DNA from: Pristiophorus japonicus
Taxonomy: Eukaryota
Direction: 5' to 3'
Assembly: GCF_044704955.1 (NCBI RefSeq)
Contig: NC_091982.1
Span: 235,166,001-235,230,000 of the forward strand
Length of the DNA: 64,000 nt
Made by a program: the position numbers and the translations under genes. Below are positions 33,644-45,002 of the stretch, piece after piece. Within the stretch, counting starts at the first letter, position 1; each line of letters starts with the position of its first letter. Below the pieces are notes generated by a model. The model was not told the origin of the DNA and searched no databases. It saw nothing but the letters and a program-made list of their open reading frames with translations.

Positions 33644-36600
33644 GGGCTCAGGTTTCGGACCCCCGCTAGAACGACACACATCGGCGAGGTCCGCTTAATT
33701 TGTAGATCAGAAATTGCGCCGAATACTTACCTCGCGATTCTCCGATAGCTGTAGGCCTGTTTCCAGCTCGGCGCGGCGCAGCAGGAGCTGCTGGGGGGCG
33801 GAGCTACAGCCCTGCGCCAAAAACAGTGCTGGCAGCTGCGCGTATGCACAGTAGCTCCTGGCTCTCCCAGCGCATCCTGTCTCCGGGCGACGACCCTATC
33901 CCTAGCCGAAGGGACATAGAAACAAGGATAGACATAGAAAATAGGTGCAAGAGTAGGCCATTCGGCCCTTCGAGCCTGCACCGCCATTCAATGAGTTCAT
34001 GGCTGAACATGCAACTTCAGTACCCCATTCCTGCTTTCTCGCCATACCCCTTGATCCCCCTAGTACTAAGGACTACATCTAACTCCTTTTTGAATATATT
34101 TAGTGAATTGGCCTCAACAACTTTCTGTGGTAGAGAATTCCACAGGTTCACCACTCTCTGGGTGAAGAAGTTTCTCCTCATCTCGGTCCTAAATGGCTTA
34201 CCCCTTATCCTTAGACTGTGACCCCTGGTTCTGGACTTCCCCAACATCAGGAACATTCTTCCTGCATCTAACCTGTCTAAACCCGTCAGAATTTTAAATG
34301 TTTCTATGAGATCCCCTCTCATTCTTCTGAACTCCAGCGAATACAAGCCCAGTTGATCCAGTCTTTCTTGATATGTCAGTCCCGCCATCCCGTGAATCAG
34401 TCTGGTGAACCTTCGCTGCACTCCCTCAATAGCAAGAATGTCCTTCCTCAAGTTAGGAGACCAAAACTGTACACAATACTCCAGGTGTGGCTTCACCAAG
34501 GCCCTGTACAACTGTAGCAACACCTCCCTGCCCCTGTACTCAAATCCCCTCGCTATGAAGGCCAACATGCCATTTGCTTTCTTAACTGCCTGCTGTACCT
34601 GCATGCCAACCTTCAATGACTGATGTACCATTACGCCCAGGTCTCTTTGCACTTCCCCTTTTCCTAATCTGTCACTATTCAGATAATAGCCTGTCTTTCT
34701 GTTTTTACCACCAAAGTGGATAACCTCACATTTATCCACATTATACTTCATCTGCCATGCATTTGCCCACTCACCGAACCTATCCAAGTCACTCTGCAGC
34801 CTCATAGCATCCTCCTCGCAGCTCACACTGCCACCCAACTTAGTGTCATCCGCAAATTTGGAGATACTACATTTAATCCCCTCGTCCAAATCATTAATGT
34901 ACAATGTAAACAGCTGGGGCCCCAGCACAGAACCTTGCGGTACCCCACTAGTCACTGTCTGCCACTCTGAAAAGTACCCATTTAATCCTACTCTTTGCTT
35001 CCTGTCTGACAACCAGTTCTCAATCCATGTCAGCACACTACCCCCAATCCCATGTGCTTTAACTTTGCACATTAATCTCTTGTGTGGGACCTTGTCGAAA
35101 GCCTTCTGAAAGTCCAAATATACCACATCAACTGGTTCTCGCTTGTCCACTCTACTGGAAACATCCTCAAAAAATTCCAGAAGATTTGTCAAGCATGATT
35201 TCCCTTTCACAAATCCATGCTGACTTGGACCTATCATGTCACCTCTTTCCAAATGCGCTGCTTTGACATCCTTAATAATTGATTCCATCATTTTACCCAC
35301 TTCTGATGTCAGGCTGACCGATCTATAATTCCCTGTTTTCTCTCTCCCTCCTTTTTTAAAAAGTGGGGTTACATTGGCTACCCTCCACTCCATAGGAGCT
35401 GATCCAGAGACTAAGGAATGTTGGAAAATGACTGTAAATACATCCGCTATTTCCAAGGCTACCTCCTTAAGTACTCTGGGATGCAGTCCATCAGGCCCTG
35501 GGGATTTATCGGCCTTCAATCCCATCAATTTCCCCAACATAATTTCCCGACTAATAAGGATTTCCCTCAGTTCCTCCTCCTTACTAGACCTTCTGACCCC
35601 ATTTTATATCCGGAAGGTTGTTTGTGTCCTCCTTAGTGAATACCGAACCAAAGTACTTGTTCAATTGGTCTACCATTTCTTTGTTCCCCGTTGTGACTTC
35701 CCCTGATTCTGACTGCAGGGGACCTACGTTTGTCTTTACTAACCTTTTTCTCTTTACATATCTATAGAAACTTTTGCAGTCCGTCTTAATGTTCCCTGCA
35801 AGCTTCCTCTCATACTCTATTTTCCCTGCCCTAATCAAACCCTTTGTCCTCCTCTGCTGAGTTCTAAATTTCTCCCAGCCCCCAGGTTCACTGCTATTTC
35901 TGGCCAATTTGTATGCCACTTCCTTGGCTTTAATACTATCCCTGATTTCCCTTGATAGCCACGGTTGAGCCACCTTCCCTTTTTTATTTTTACACCAGAC
36001 AGGGATGTACAATTGTTCTAGTTCATCCATGCGGTCTCTAAATGTCTGCCATTGCCTATCCACAGTCAACCACTTAAGTATCATTCGCCAATCTATCCTA
36101 GCCAATTCACGCCTCATACCTTCAAAGTTACCCTTCTTTAAGTTCTGGACCATGGTCTCTGAATTAACTGTTTCATTCTCCATCCTAATGTAGAATTCCA
36201 CCATATTATGGTCACTCTTCCCCAAGGGGCCTCGCACAACGAGATTGCTAATTAATCCTCTCTCATTACACAACACCCAGTCTAAAATGGCCTCCCCCCT
36301 AGTTGGTTCCTCGACATATTGGTCTCGAAAACCATCCCTTATGCACTCCAGGAAATCCTCCTCCACCGTATTGCTTCCAGTTTGGTTAGCCCAATCTATA
36401 TGCATATTAAAGTCACCCATGATAACTGCTACACCTTTATTGCATGCACCCCTAATTTCCTGTTTGATACCCTCCCCAACATCACTACTACTGTTTGGAG
36501 GTCTGTACACAAGTCCCACTAACGTTTTTTGCCCTTTGGTGTTCTGCAGCTCTACCATATAGATTCCACATCATCCAAGCTAATGTCCTTCCTAACTATT

Positions 36601-37370
36601 GCATTAATCTCCTCTTTAACCAGCAATGCTACCCCGCCTCCTTTTCCTTTTATTCTATCCTTCCGGACGTCGCCCTTATCCCGGGCTGAGTGGCCTAACA
36701 GCCGTTACCTCGCCGGCGGCGGGGCTCGCCCGCCCGGCATCTCGCTGGGTGCGGGCCCCACCCAAAGTGGCGTCGTCATCGGCAGCGGGGTCCGCCTGAC
36801 CGGCATCTCCTGTGGGGCCCCCATCCTAGCAGGCTGTTGGAGGGCTCCCGGTGCTGCAGTAGGTGAGTAGAAACTTAATTTTTTATTTATTGATTGATTT
36901 ATTTTAAATTTTTTTATTTTTTTTGTTTGATTTTTTTATTATTTTAAATTTTTTAATTTTTTTTGATTGATTTATTGATTTAGTTATCATTTATTATTGA
37001 TGATGGCTCTTTATTTGTAAAAGTGAAGTGTTTAATGTTTGTAAGCTTCCCTTCCCCGCTCACCCCCGTTATCTTTCGTTCACTACGCCTGATTTCTAAG
37101 TGTAGGCAAAGTTTTTCTGAGCATACAAAAATCTATACTTACTCCATTCCAGTTAGTTTGGAGTAAGTTTTCGCTGCCTAAACTTGAAAAACAGACGTAA
37201 GTGGCCGTACACACCCCCTTTTGAAAAAAAAAATCTGTACTAAAATGAAACCGTTCGAACTCACTAGAACTGGAGCAAACTAAATGCCGGGAATTGCAAT
37301 TTCTAAGATACTCCATTCTAAACTTGTTGCTCAAAAAAAATAGGAGCAACTCAGGCCGAAACTTGAGCAC
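33644..37370. mobile_element. PIF/Harbinger-like MITE carrying a 2.75-kb CR1 insertion
   Basis: TIR gggctcaggtttcgg / ccgaaacttgagcac (13/15); perfect 3-bp TSD aat at 33641-33643 and 37371-37373. Confidence 0.85.
33916..36664 (-). mobile_element. Longest CR1 LINE copy: ORF2 endonuclease C-terminal part plus reverse transcriptase, one frameshift near 35585
   Basis: ORF 35584..36558 (VYRPP, GDFN, SDH) and ORF 34017..35540 (GVPQGSVLGP, FADD); flanked by ggac/ggac. Confidence 0.97.
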
Positions 37371-37424
37371 AATAGGCCCATGCTTTCGTACGCCTCAGTA
37401 AATACGTCGACTATGTCTGGAGTT

Positions 37425-37957
37425 CAGCCTCTATGTACGCAGACGCAGGCGTCATCCACATTATAGCTCGATGACAGAGGTTGGGGTGGTCTTGGACCTG
37501 GCCTGGAGATAGCGCAGGTTGAACACGTTCCCACTGATTCTGTAGTTTAGTTCCACTCCAGCGGGGAGCTTGTTGACTGTGAGGTGACGCATGGCAGCGA
37601 GGAAAATTTAGAAGAGGGTTGGGGCAATGATGCAGCCCTGTTTGACCCCGGTCCGGACGTGGATTGGGTCAGTAATGGATCCGTTGGTAAGGATCACAGC
37701 CTGCATGTCATCGTGGAGCAGGCGGAGGATGGTGATGAAATTTTGGGAACATCCGAAACAGAGGAGGATGCTTCAAGCGCAGGCAGCGGAAAGAGCGTGC
37801 GGCAAACCTGTCCCACCCACCCTTTCCCTCAACGACTATCTGTCCCACCTGTGACAGGGACTGTGGTTCTTGTATTGGACTGTTCAGCCACCTAAGGACT
37901 GATTTTAAGAGTGGAAGCAAGTCGTCCTCAATTCCGAGGGACTGCCTATGATGATGA
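37425..37957. mobile_element. RTE LINE copy with an inverted 5' segment
   Basis: 37425-37770 encodes RT (GVKQGCIIAPTLF) on the minus strand; 37772-37957 is the RTE 3' end with (gat)n on the plus strand. Confidence 0.7.
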
Positions 37958-38392
37958 CGACAGTATAATACCACCAGTCGTGCCCCGCCTGCTCTCTCAG
38001 ATAAAAGATCCCACGGCACTATTTCGAAGAAGAGCAGGGGAGTTACCCCCGTGTCTTGGACAATATTTATCCCTCAATCACGACTTCTTAAAAGAAAATC
38101 GTCTCAAACCTCCTCAGCAACTTGTCAAGAACTATGAATGATTTCTGGAACATCTGCAAACCCACAGCAACCACAGGACATACAATGTCTGTGTTCGGAC
38201 TCAACTCCATTTAGTCAAGCTCATAAACCTGTCCGAGAAAATGTGCTGCGCTCGCCAAACATTAATCTTCCTCATGTACACATGTATCAGATGACATTTA
38301 ACTGCTTGTAAGAAGACAAATGTCAACAGTATTGTAACAAACATGTATAGGTTTGGGGTTTTGGGTGATTATTAATACCAGGGAGAACTTTA

Positions 38393-38835
38393 AATAAGAA
38401 CATAAGAAATAGGAGCAGGAGTAGGTCATACGATTCCTCGAGCCTGCTCCACCATTCAATACGCTCATGGCTGATCTGATCATGCACACAGGTCCACTTC
38501 CCCGTCCGCTCCCCATAACCCCTTATCCCCTTATCGTTTAAGAAACTGTCTATTTCTGTCTTAAATGTATCCAATGTCCCAGCTTCCACAGCTCTCTGAG
38601 GCAGTGAATTCCACAGATTTACAACCCTTTGAGAGAAGAAATTTCTCCTCATCTCAGTTTTAAATGGGCGGCCCCTTATTCTAAGATCATGCCCTCTAGT
38701 TCGAGTCTCCCCTATCAGTGGAAACATCCTCTCTGCATCCACCTTGTCAAGCCCCCTCATAATCTTATACGTTTCGGTAAGATCACCTCTCATTCTTCTG
38801 AATTCCAATGAGTAGAGACCCAACCTACTCAACCT
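38393..38835 (-). mobile_element. CR1 LINE 3' end ((TTCTTATG) tail subfamily)
   Basis: RGDLTETYKIMRGLDKVDAERMFPL; same subfamily as 54170-54923 and 62645-63522. Confidence 0.9.
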
Positions 38836-39198
38836 TTGTGACTACTTAATTCAGCGTCGAGGCTGACTCTAAGCAAAATGCACCAAGTTTACCCATTAAT
38901 AACAACTTGCACTTGTATAGCACCTTTAATGTTGTAAAATGTCCCAAGGAGTTTCACAGGAGCGTTATCAAGCAAAGTCTGACACCGAGCCACATAAGGA
39001 GATATTAGGACAGGGGACCAAACGCTTGGTCAAAGAGGTCAGTTTTAAGGAGCGTATGAAAGGAGGAGAGAGAGGTAGAGAGGCGGAGAGGTTTAGGGAG
39101 GGAATTCCAGAGCTTGGGGCCTTGGCAGCTGAAGGCACGGCCACCAACAGTTGATGAAAATCGGAGATGCTCAAGAGGCCAGAATTGGTGGAGCGCCA

Positions 39199-39566
39199 AA
39201 ATTCTGATGGGATTGGACAGGTTAGCTGCATGAAGAATGTTCCCGATGTTGGGGAAGTCCAGAACCAGGGTCACAGTCTAAGGATAAGGAGTAAGCCATT
39301 TAGGACCGAGATGAGGAGAAATTTCTTCACTCAGAGAATTGTGAACCTGTGGAATTTTCTACCACAGAAAGTTGTTGAGACCAGTTCATTAGATATATTC
39401 AAAAGGGAGTTAGATGTGGCCCTTACGGCTAAAGGGATCAAGGGGCATGGAGAGAAAGCAGGAATGGGGCACTGAAGTTGCATGATTAGCCATGATCATA
39501 TTGAATGGTGGTGCAGGCTCGAAGGGCCGAATGGCCTACTCCTGCACCTACTTTCTATGTTTCTAT
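39199..39566 (+). mobile_element. CR1 LINE 3' end inside an L2-like fragment
   Basis: GHSLRIRSKPFRTEMRRNFFTQR plus tail. Confidence 0.9.
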
Positions 39567-41946
39567 CTCGGGGGTGTTGTAGGGCTTGGGAGACCAGCCA
39601 AGAGTGCTTTGGAATAATGAAGTCTAGGGGTAACAAAGGCATGGATGAGGGTTTTAGGGAGTGCCTTAAAGGAAGAGAGAGAGGTATAGAGGTTTAGGGA
39701 TGGAATTCCGGAGCTTCGGACCTAGACAGCTGAATGGCTGCAAATGTTTTAATGCAACAATGACAGTTTATCTGTGCCCACACCAATATTTCAGAGTAAT
39801 GTTAACATTTTAGTGTGATATATATATCAGTTGCAGTTGATAGAAATCGATTATGAGGAACAGTCACTTTATTCGAGCTGCAACTAATGAGTTTTGCCTG
39901 AATCAGTTTCAAATTACTGTTAGGCTTCCTTTGTGAATTCCAACAGTGGTCACGCTGTGTAAATCCGTGCGTCTTGCTTAACCCAGAGCGATTGTCACAA
40001 TTCCACGCCGTGTGCGGGCCTGGAGTGAACAAGCATGGCAGCAGAGAACAGCGGCGATCCTTCTCATTCCAGGACCTTGAGGCCTGATTTTTAACCCTTC
40101 CAGACCCTCACCTCAGGGCCGACGGTAACAGGCCAAGTGAGGGGTTAAAATCTCTGACCTCGTGCCATGCACCATTTTAGGAGGTGCGCTTTAGTCAGCC
40201 GGTGAGGGCCTTGTTGAACCGGGATCTGATGACATCACTCAGAGCCCGAGGTGATTTTGACTTTATGTCGTGAAGTCAGTACCGAGTGCTGGCGTCGCCT
40301 GGGAAGCCCAACGGCAAGGGGCAGCGGGTCCCACAAGGACACTTAGTACATCTGCTTCCCTGGGATTCCTCCCCCCACACTCCCTCACCGATCGCCTCTG
40401 GAACTTCCCTCGTCCCCTCCCTCCTCCTCCGCCCCCAGACATCCTTTGCCAGGGATCATAGTGTGCATCCCTCGCCGTGGACGCCTGCTGTGCACACCCA
40501 ATCCCACCACGGCATTGACGCTGGGTTCTGGCGAGAGTCAGGCCTGATTGAGAGGGCCCGAGAGTTAAAATGGCCGAATGTATCCATGCAAGTGTAAAAA
40601 AAAAGGTCTGAAATGGTCGGCAGTTAAGATGTTAATGAGTTAACTTTAACACTGTTTCCTCATAATCTATAAATAATAGGCAATTTGTTAGCTTGTTTCA
40701 GTAATTAATAAATTGATACCTAACACCTATTGTTCTGCAGATACCCAACACCTCAGGCCTATTGTACCTGAACAGAACCTTGGTTCGACCACACTTGGAT
40801 TACTGTGAACAGTTCTGGTCTCCATATTATGAAAAGGATATAGAGGCATTTGAGAAGGTGCACAAAAGATTTACTAGAATGATGTCAGAACTGAGAGGTT
40901 ATACCCATCAGGAAAGACTGAAAGAAATAAGAAGGCTAAGAGGATTTCCCCAGCGATTGGATCCCCCCAGTGATCGGACCCCCTGCAATCTGATGCCCCC
41001 CCCCCCTGCCCCCATGACCTCCATGAGCCCCCCCACGATCTACTCCCCTCCAGCTCCGATCTCTCCAGCTCCCTCCATCGATGTCGCCTCCTCCAATCTC
41101 TCTGGACCCCACATCAACGTCCCTCAACCCCCAATCTTTCAGGACCCCATCGATGACCCCCTGACCTCCGATCTCTCCAGCCTCACCCCCCCCATCGATG
41201 TCCCTCAACTCTCAATTTCTCCGAGCACCCCATTGATGTCCCTTCCCAATCCCGCCCTCCCTCTTCTCCGTTCCCTGACTGGGGCCTGGTGCTGAAGGCC
41301 TAACCACCTGACAGCCAGCCAGCCTCTCAATCTGGCCGGTTGAGGCCCGGAAATGGGTTCCAAAAATGGTAATCGTGTCCTCGGGAAGGATCTGTGGGAA
41401 ACCCGTTCTTCCGAGTTTCCCCACTGCAAAGCTCCCGCCCCTCACCTGCTCCCTCCCCACCTCCCTGTTAAGATGGGGGTCACTGAGGCCATGCACATGT
41501 GAATGACTTGAATATCCAATTTTGTGACATCTGAGGGTTACACTATCACACAAGTAGATACAGGGCGGAATGGCTCGACTCCTACAACAGGAAGATGCTC
41601 AGGTGCCTTACTGGGGCAAATGACACCACTGATCCCAGAAAGATATCTGCAGCAAACATTAATTTGTAACAATCATCTATAAAGCTGGATTTCAGCTACA
41701 ACACTGGGTTTTAAAAAGGCGTCTGCTTCTGTACCATAGGCGTATAATCTCACTGGGAGGCAGCATCCATTGGCTGATCTCCAGGACCTCATTAAAGTGA
41801 TTATTCCTCACTATGATCCTCGACAGAGAGCATCAGTAGGCTATTTGACTGTGGAGCCTTCCGCATCCAAGGTCAAGAACAGGAATCTCAGATTATTTTT
41901 CCCCTTCCTGTTCTCTGTGCCTCAGTTCCACACTGGGTTTGTGCAC

Positions 41947-42286
41947 TTGCTCACTGGTCCATCAGACAGCTCCCTGACCCATCAGACAGCTCTCTGACCC
42001 ATCAGACTGCCCACTGACCCATCAGACTGCCCACTGACCCATCAGACAGCTCCCTGACCCATCAGACAGCTCCCTGACCCATCAGATTTCCCACTGACCC
42101 ATCAGCCTGCTCACTGACCCATCAGACTGCTCACTGACCCATCAGACTGCCCACTGACCCATCAGACTGCTCACTGACCCATCAGACTGCTCACTGACCC
42201 ATCAGACTGCTCACTGACCCATCAGATTTCCCACTGACCCATAAGCCTGCTCACTGACCTATCAGACTGCTCATTGACCCATCAGA
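41947..42286. repeat. 21-bp minisatellite (ccatcagactgctcactgacc)n, about 16 copies
   Basis: Head-to-tail copies with variant middles; no spacers. Confidence 0.95.
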
Positions 42287-42782
42287 GAAACACAGCTGAT
42301 TGTCTTAACATTTTCATTGTTAGATGCGATCATTAAGATCACATTACATAAGAAATAGGAGCAGGAGTCGGCTATCTGACTCCTCGAGCCTGCTCCGCCA
42401 TCCAATAAGATCATGGCTGATCTGATCTTGGCCTCAGCTCCACTTCGCTGCCCGCTCCCCATAACCCTTGACTCTCTTATCGTTCAGAAATCTGTCTATC
42501 ACCACCTTAAATATATTCAATGACCCATTTAACCTACTTACGCAGGCTTTTCTCAGAGGAACACAAGGCGGAATAGTGAACCAGTTTGGCCCTCAAAGGG
42601 AGAGAGAAATACAATGAACTCGTTTCTCTATTGTTCAATATCACCTATTGTCGGCTGTGCATCACTAAGTGATATTTCATCGAGACAGAGATTACGTTCC
42701 ATCACTTCTTTGTTAAAATGCTATACAGTTTCAACCCCAACTTATTTCCCCAGAAAATCCTGCAGGGAGTAGATAGGCTTAC

Positions 42783-42962
42783 CACTGCCGCCTCCAGTGT
42801 GATGGGCAGACCACCGAGGTTTGAAGACAGAACCAGCGTTTTTGGCACAGAGTAGGGGGCACTGAATGCGGACAAGTGGCTACGGGACTTGACACTGGTC
42901 GACTGAGGCGCCCCTGCCCCATCTTCACTGTCATCCTCCACCTTGCGGCTGTCCGGATATTT
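42783..42962 (-). CDS. MINDY4B: MINDY4B exon 3 (KYPDSRKVEDDSEDGAG...SSNLGGLPITLEAAV)
   Basis: Acceptor ttctgttttatcacag, donor GTG|gtaag, 180 nt, phase 0/0. The C-terminal part matches the recalled MINDY4B segment SSKLGGFPISLAMA. Confidence 0.88.
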
Positions 42963-43126
42963 CTGTGATAAAACAGAATAAAGTAGATCTTATCTTGTCC
43001 AAGTCTTATTTGACAATAGTTGGTTTTGCAGAACACAATCTATTGTGGGATCCAACAGAGAAAAGAGAAAAAAAAATACAAGTTACATTTAACTGTGAGA
43101 TTCTGACTGGAAAGAGTTTTACTTAC

Positions 43127-43228
43127 ACCCTGGCTCTTTTTAACTTCCTCCTGCAATATCGCAATGTAATTCTGTGTTGAACCACCTGCTCTTTCTTTGG
43201 CTTGCAATACATCATTACACAATTCCAT
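43127..43228 (-). CDS. Candidate alternative first coding exon of MINDY4B (MELCNDVLQAKERAGGSTQNYIAILQEEVKKSQG)
   Basis: Kozak ACCATGG with an in-frame TAA just upstream, 102 nt, donor GGT|gtaagt in phase 0, 164 bp from the exon 3 acceptor. No homology recognised. Confidence 0.4.
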
Positions 43229-45002
43229 GGTTTATGGAACAGGGTGAAAGAGAATCGCGACCCGGGGATGAAGGGCTTCAGTGTGGCAGGTGAAACCTAG
43301 GAAGATGCTTTATTCTTTGACTCTACCCTCCAATCCCGGACCATGTGAGGGTTGCAGCAGAGAGCACCTGAGCTGCCGGCAATTGAAGCGTCATTCATCA
43401 CCTCAGCCTGTGGAAAACACGCGGGCTGAATTCCTGATGACACTTCATGGGGAGAGAGAAAATAAATTGCCAGATGTCACGAGGCGTGAATGGCCCCGAA
43501 ATACTTTCATTTGGCTCAGCTTTCCAAAATCTGCAAGAGGGTCGTCGACTATTTTATCACTGATGTTAAATATTCAGTGTTTCTTTGTGCAAATGACATG
43601 GGATTTGCATGTGCAATTTAAAGAGACAGTCTCGTCCATTTTTAATTTAAAAAAAATGAAATTGTTAAAGTGAATTATCTTTTTTTTGTCCCTTTCACAA
43701 TTTCTTATACCACTTCAACCAACTCACTTCAGAGACTTGAGCATATTGGCCTCCTTCAGTGCCATTAATTCCTATGATTCTATGATTCACTGTACTGCAC
43801 TTTACCGTAATATTTAACTTCCTTCTCTTCGGCTCTGTCATTTGCTGTAGATGTTATTTTCAAATATTTTGGGTACTGCATTAAAATCCAGCAGCGACAT
43901 AAAGCTATATAATTAATAGAAAATAAACAAGTAATTTAATTTTTCTCCCTTTCACAGATTACCAAAATAAAACAAAACCAATATTTTTTGATTTAGAGAA
44001 CACAAAATAATCTGCATATATAAAAGTGACATTATATTCTACATGTAATTTTTAAACTGTTCATACTGTAGTTCACCATTTTCTGCTTTTTTAAATTATA
44101 CCTTAACTTTTTGCGATCATGCACAATGTATAAGCAGCAACAATGAGGTCAAATTTCTCTTGCCAAAGATCTTCGAGTATGATTGCACAGGTGCTGGGTG
44201 GCCAAGTTCATGTCTGAGCCTATAAAGTGAAACTATTCGCCCGCAATGGGCATCACAGCCAAGTCTGATTCTGTCCGGATACAACATCTGCGTGCATGCA
44301 CGTTCAATAACCAGGGGGCACAGATTTAAAGTCGTTGGTAGAAGGATTAGAGGGAGATGAGGAAACATTGCTTCACCCAGAGAGCGGTGGGGGTCTAGAA
44401 CTCACTGCCTGAAAGGGTGGAAGAGGCGGAAACCCTCATCACATTAAACAAATACTTGGATGTGCACTTGAAGAGCCGTGACCCACAGGGCTTCGGGCCT
44501 AGTGCTGGAAAGTGGGATTAGGCTGGGTAGCTCTTTTTCGACCGGTACAGACAGAATGACCTCCTCCTGTGTTGTAATTTTCTATGATTCTATGCATTCC
44601 AGCAGTGGCTACTGCATGGCGATAAGGAGCAAGAACTCCAGCTGATTTTCGGCTCCTTAACCTGGGGTTACTGCGGGAAAAAGCGACACACCGCAGCCGG
44701 GTTCAGTTTATTCAGCAAATTGGCGCAAGACCAGGAAATTTGTGCTCGCTGCTGTTTTGAATGGGGTAGAGCTATGTCAATGAGCTTTGGAGGGTTTGGG
44801 CGGAGGTCTCGGAAAAGCGGTGCCAGGAAAGTACAGAGTAACCTGAAAACTGACTGAAAAACTGAGAAACATAGAAACATAGAAAATAGTTGCAGGAGCA
44901 GGCCATTCGGCCCTTCGAACCTGCACCACAATTCAAGAAGATCATGGCTGATCATTCACCTCAGTACCCCTTTCCTGCTTTCTCTCCAAACCCCTTGATC
45001 CC

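Noticed and set aside
41947-42286. CRISPR-like regular repeat
   Set aside because: Units are contiguous with no unique spacers, there are no cas genes, and the context is eukaryotic.
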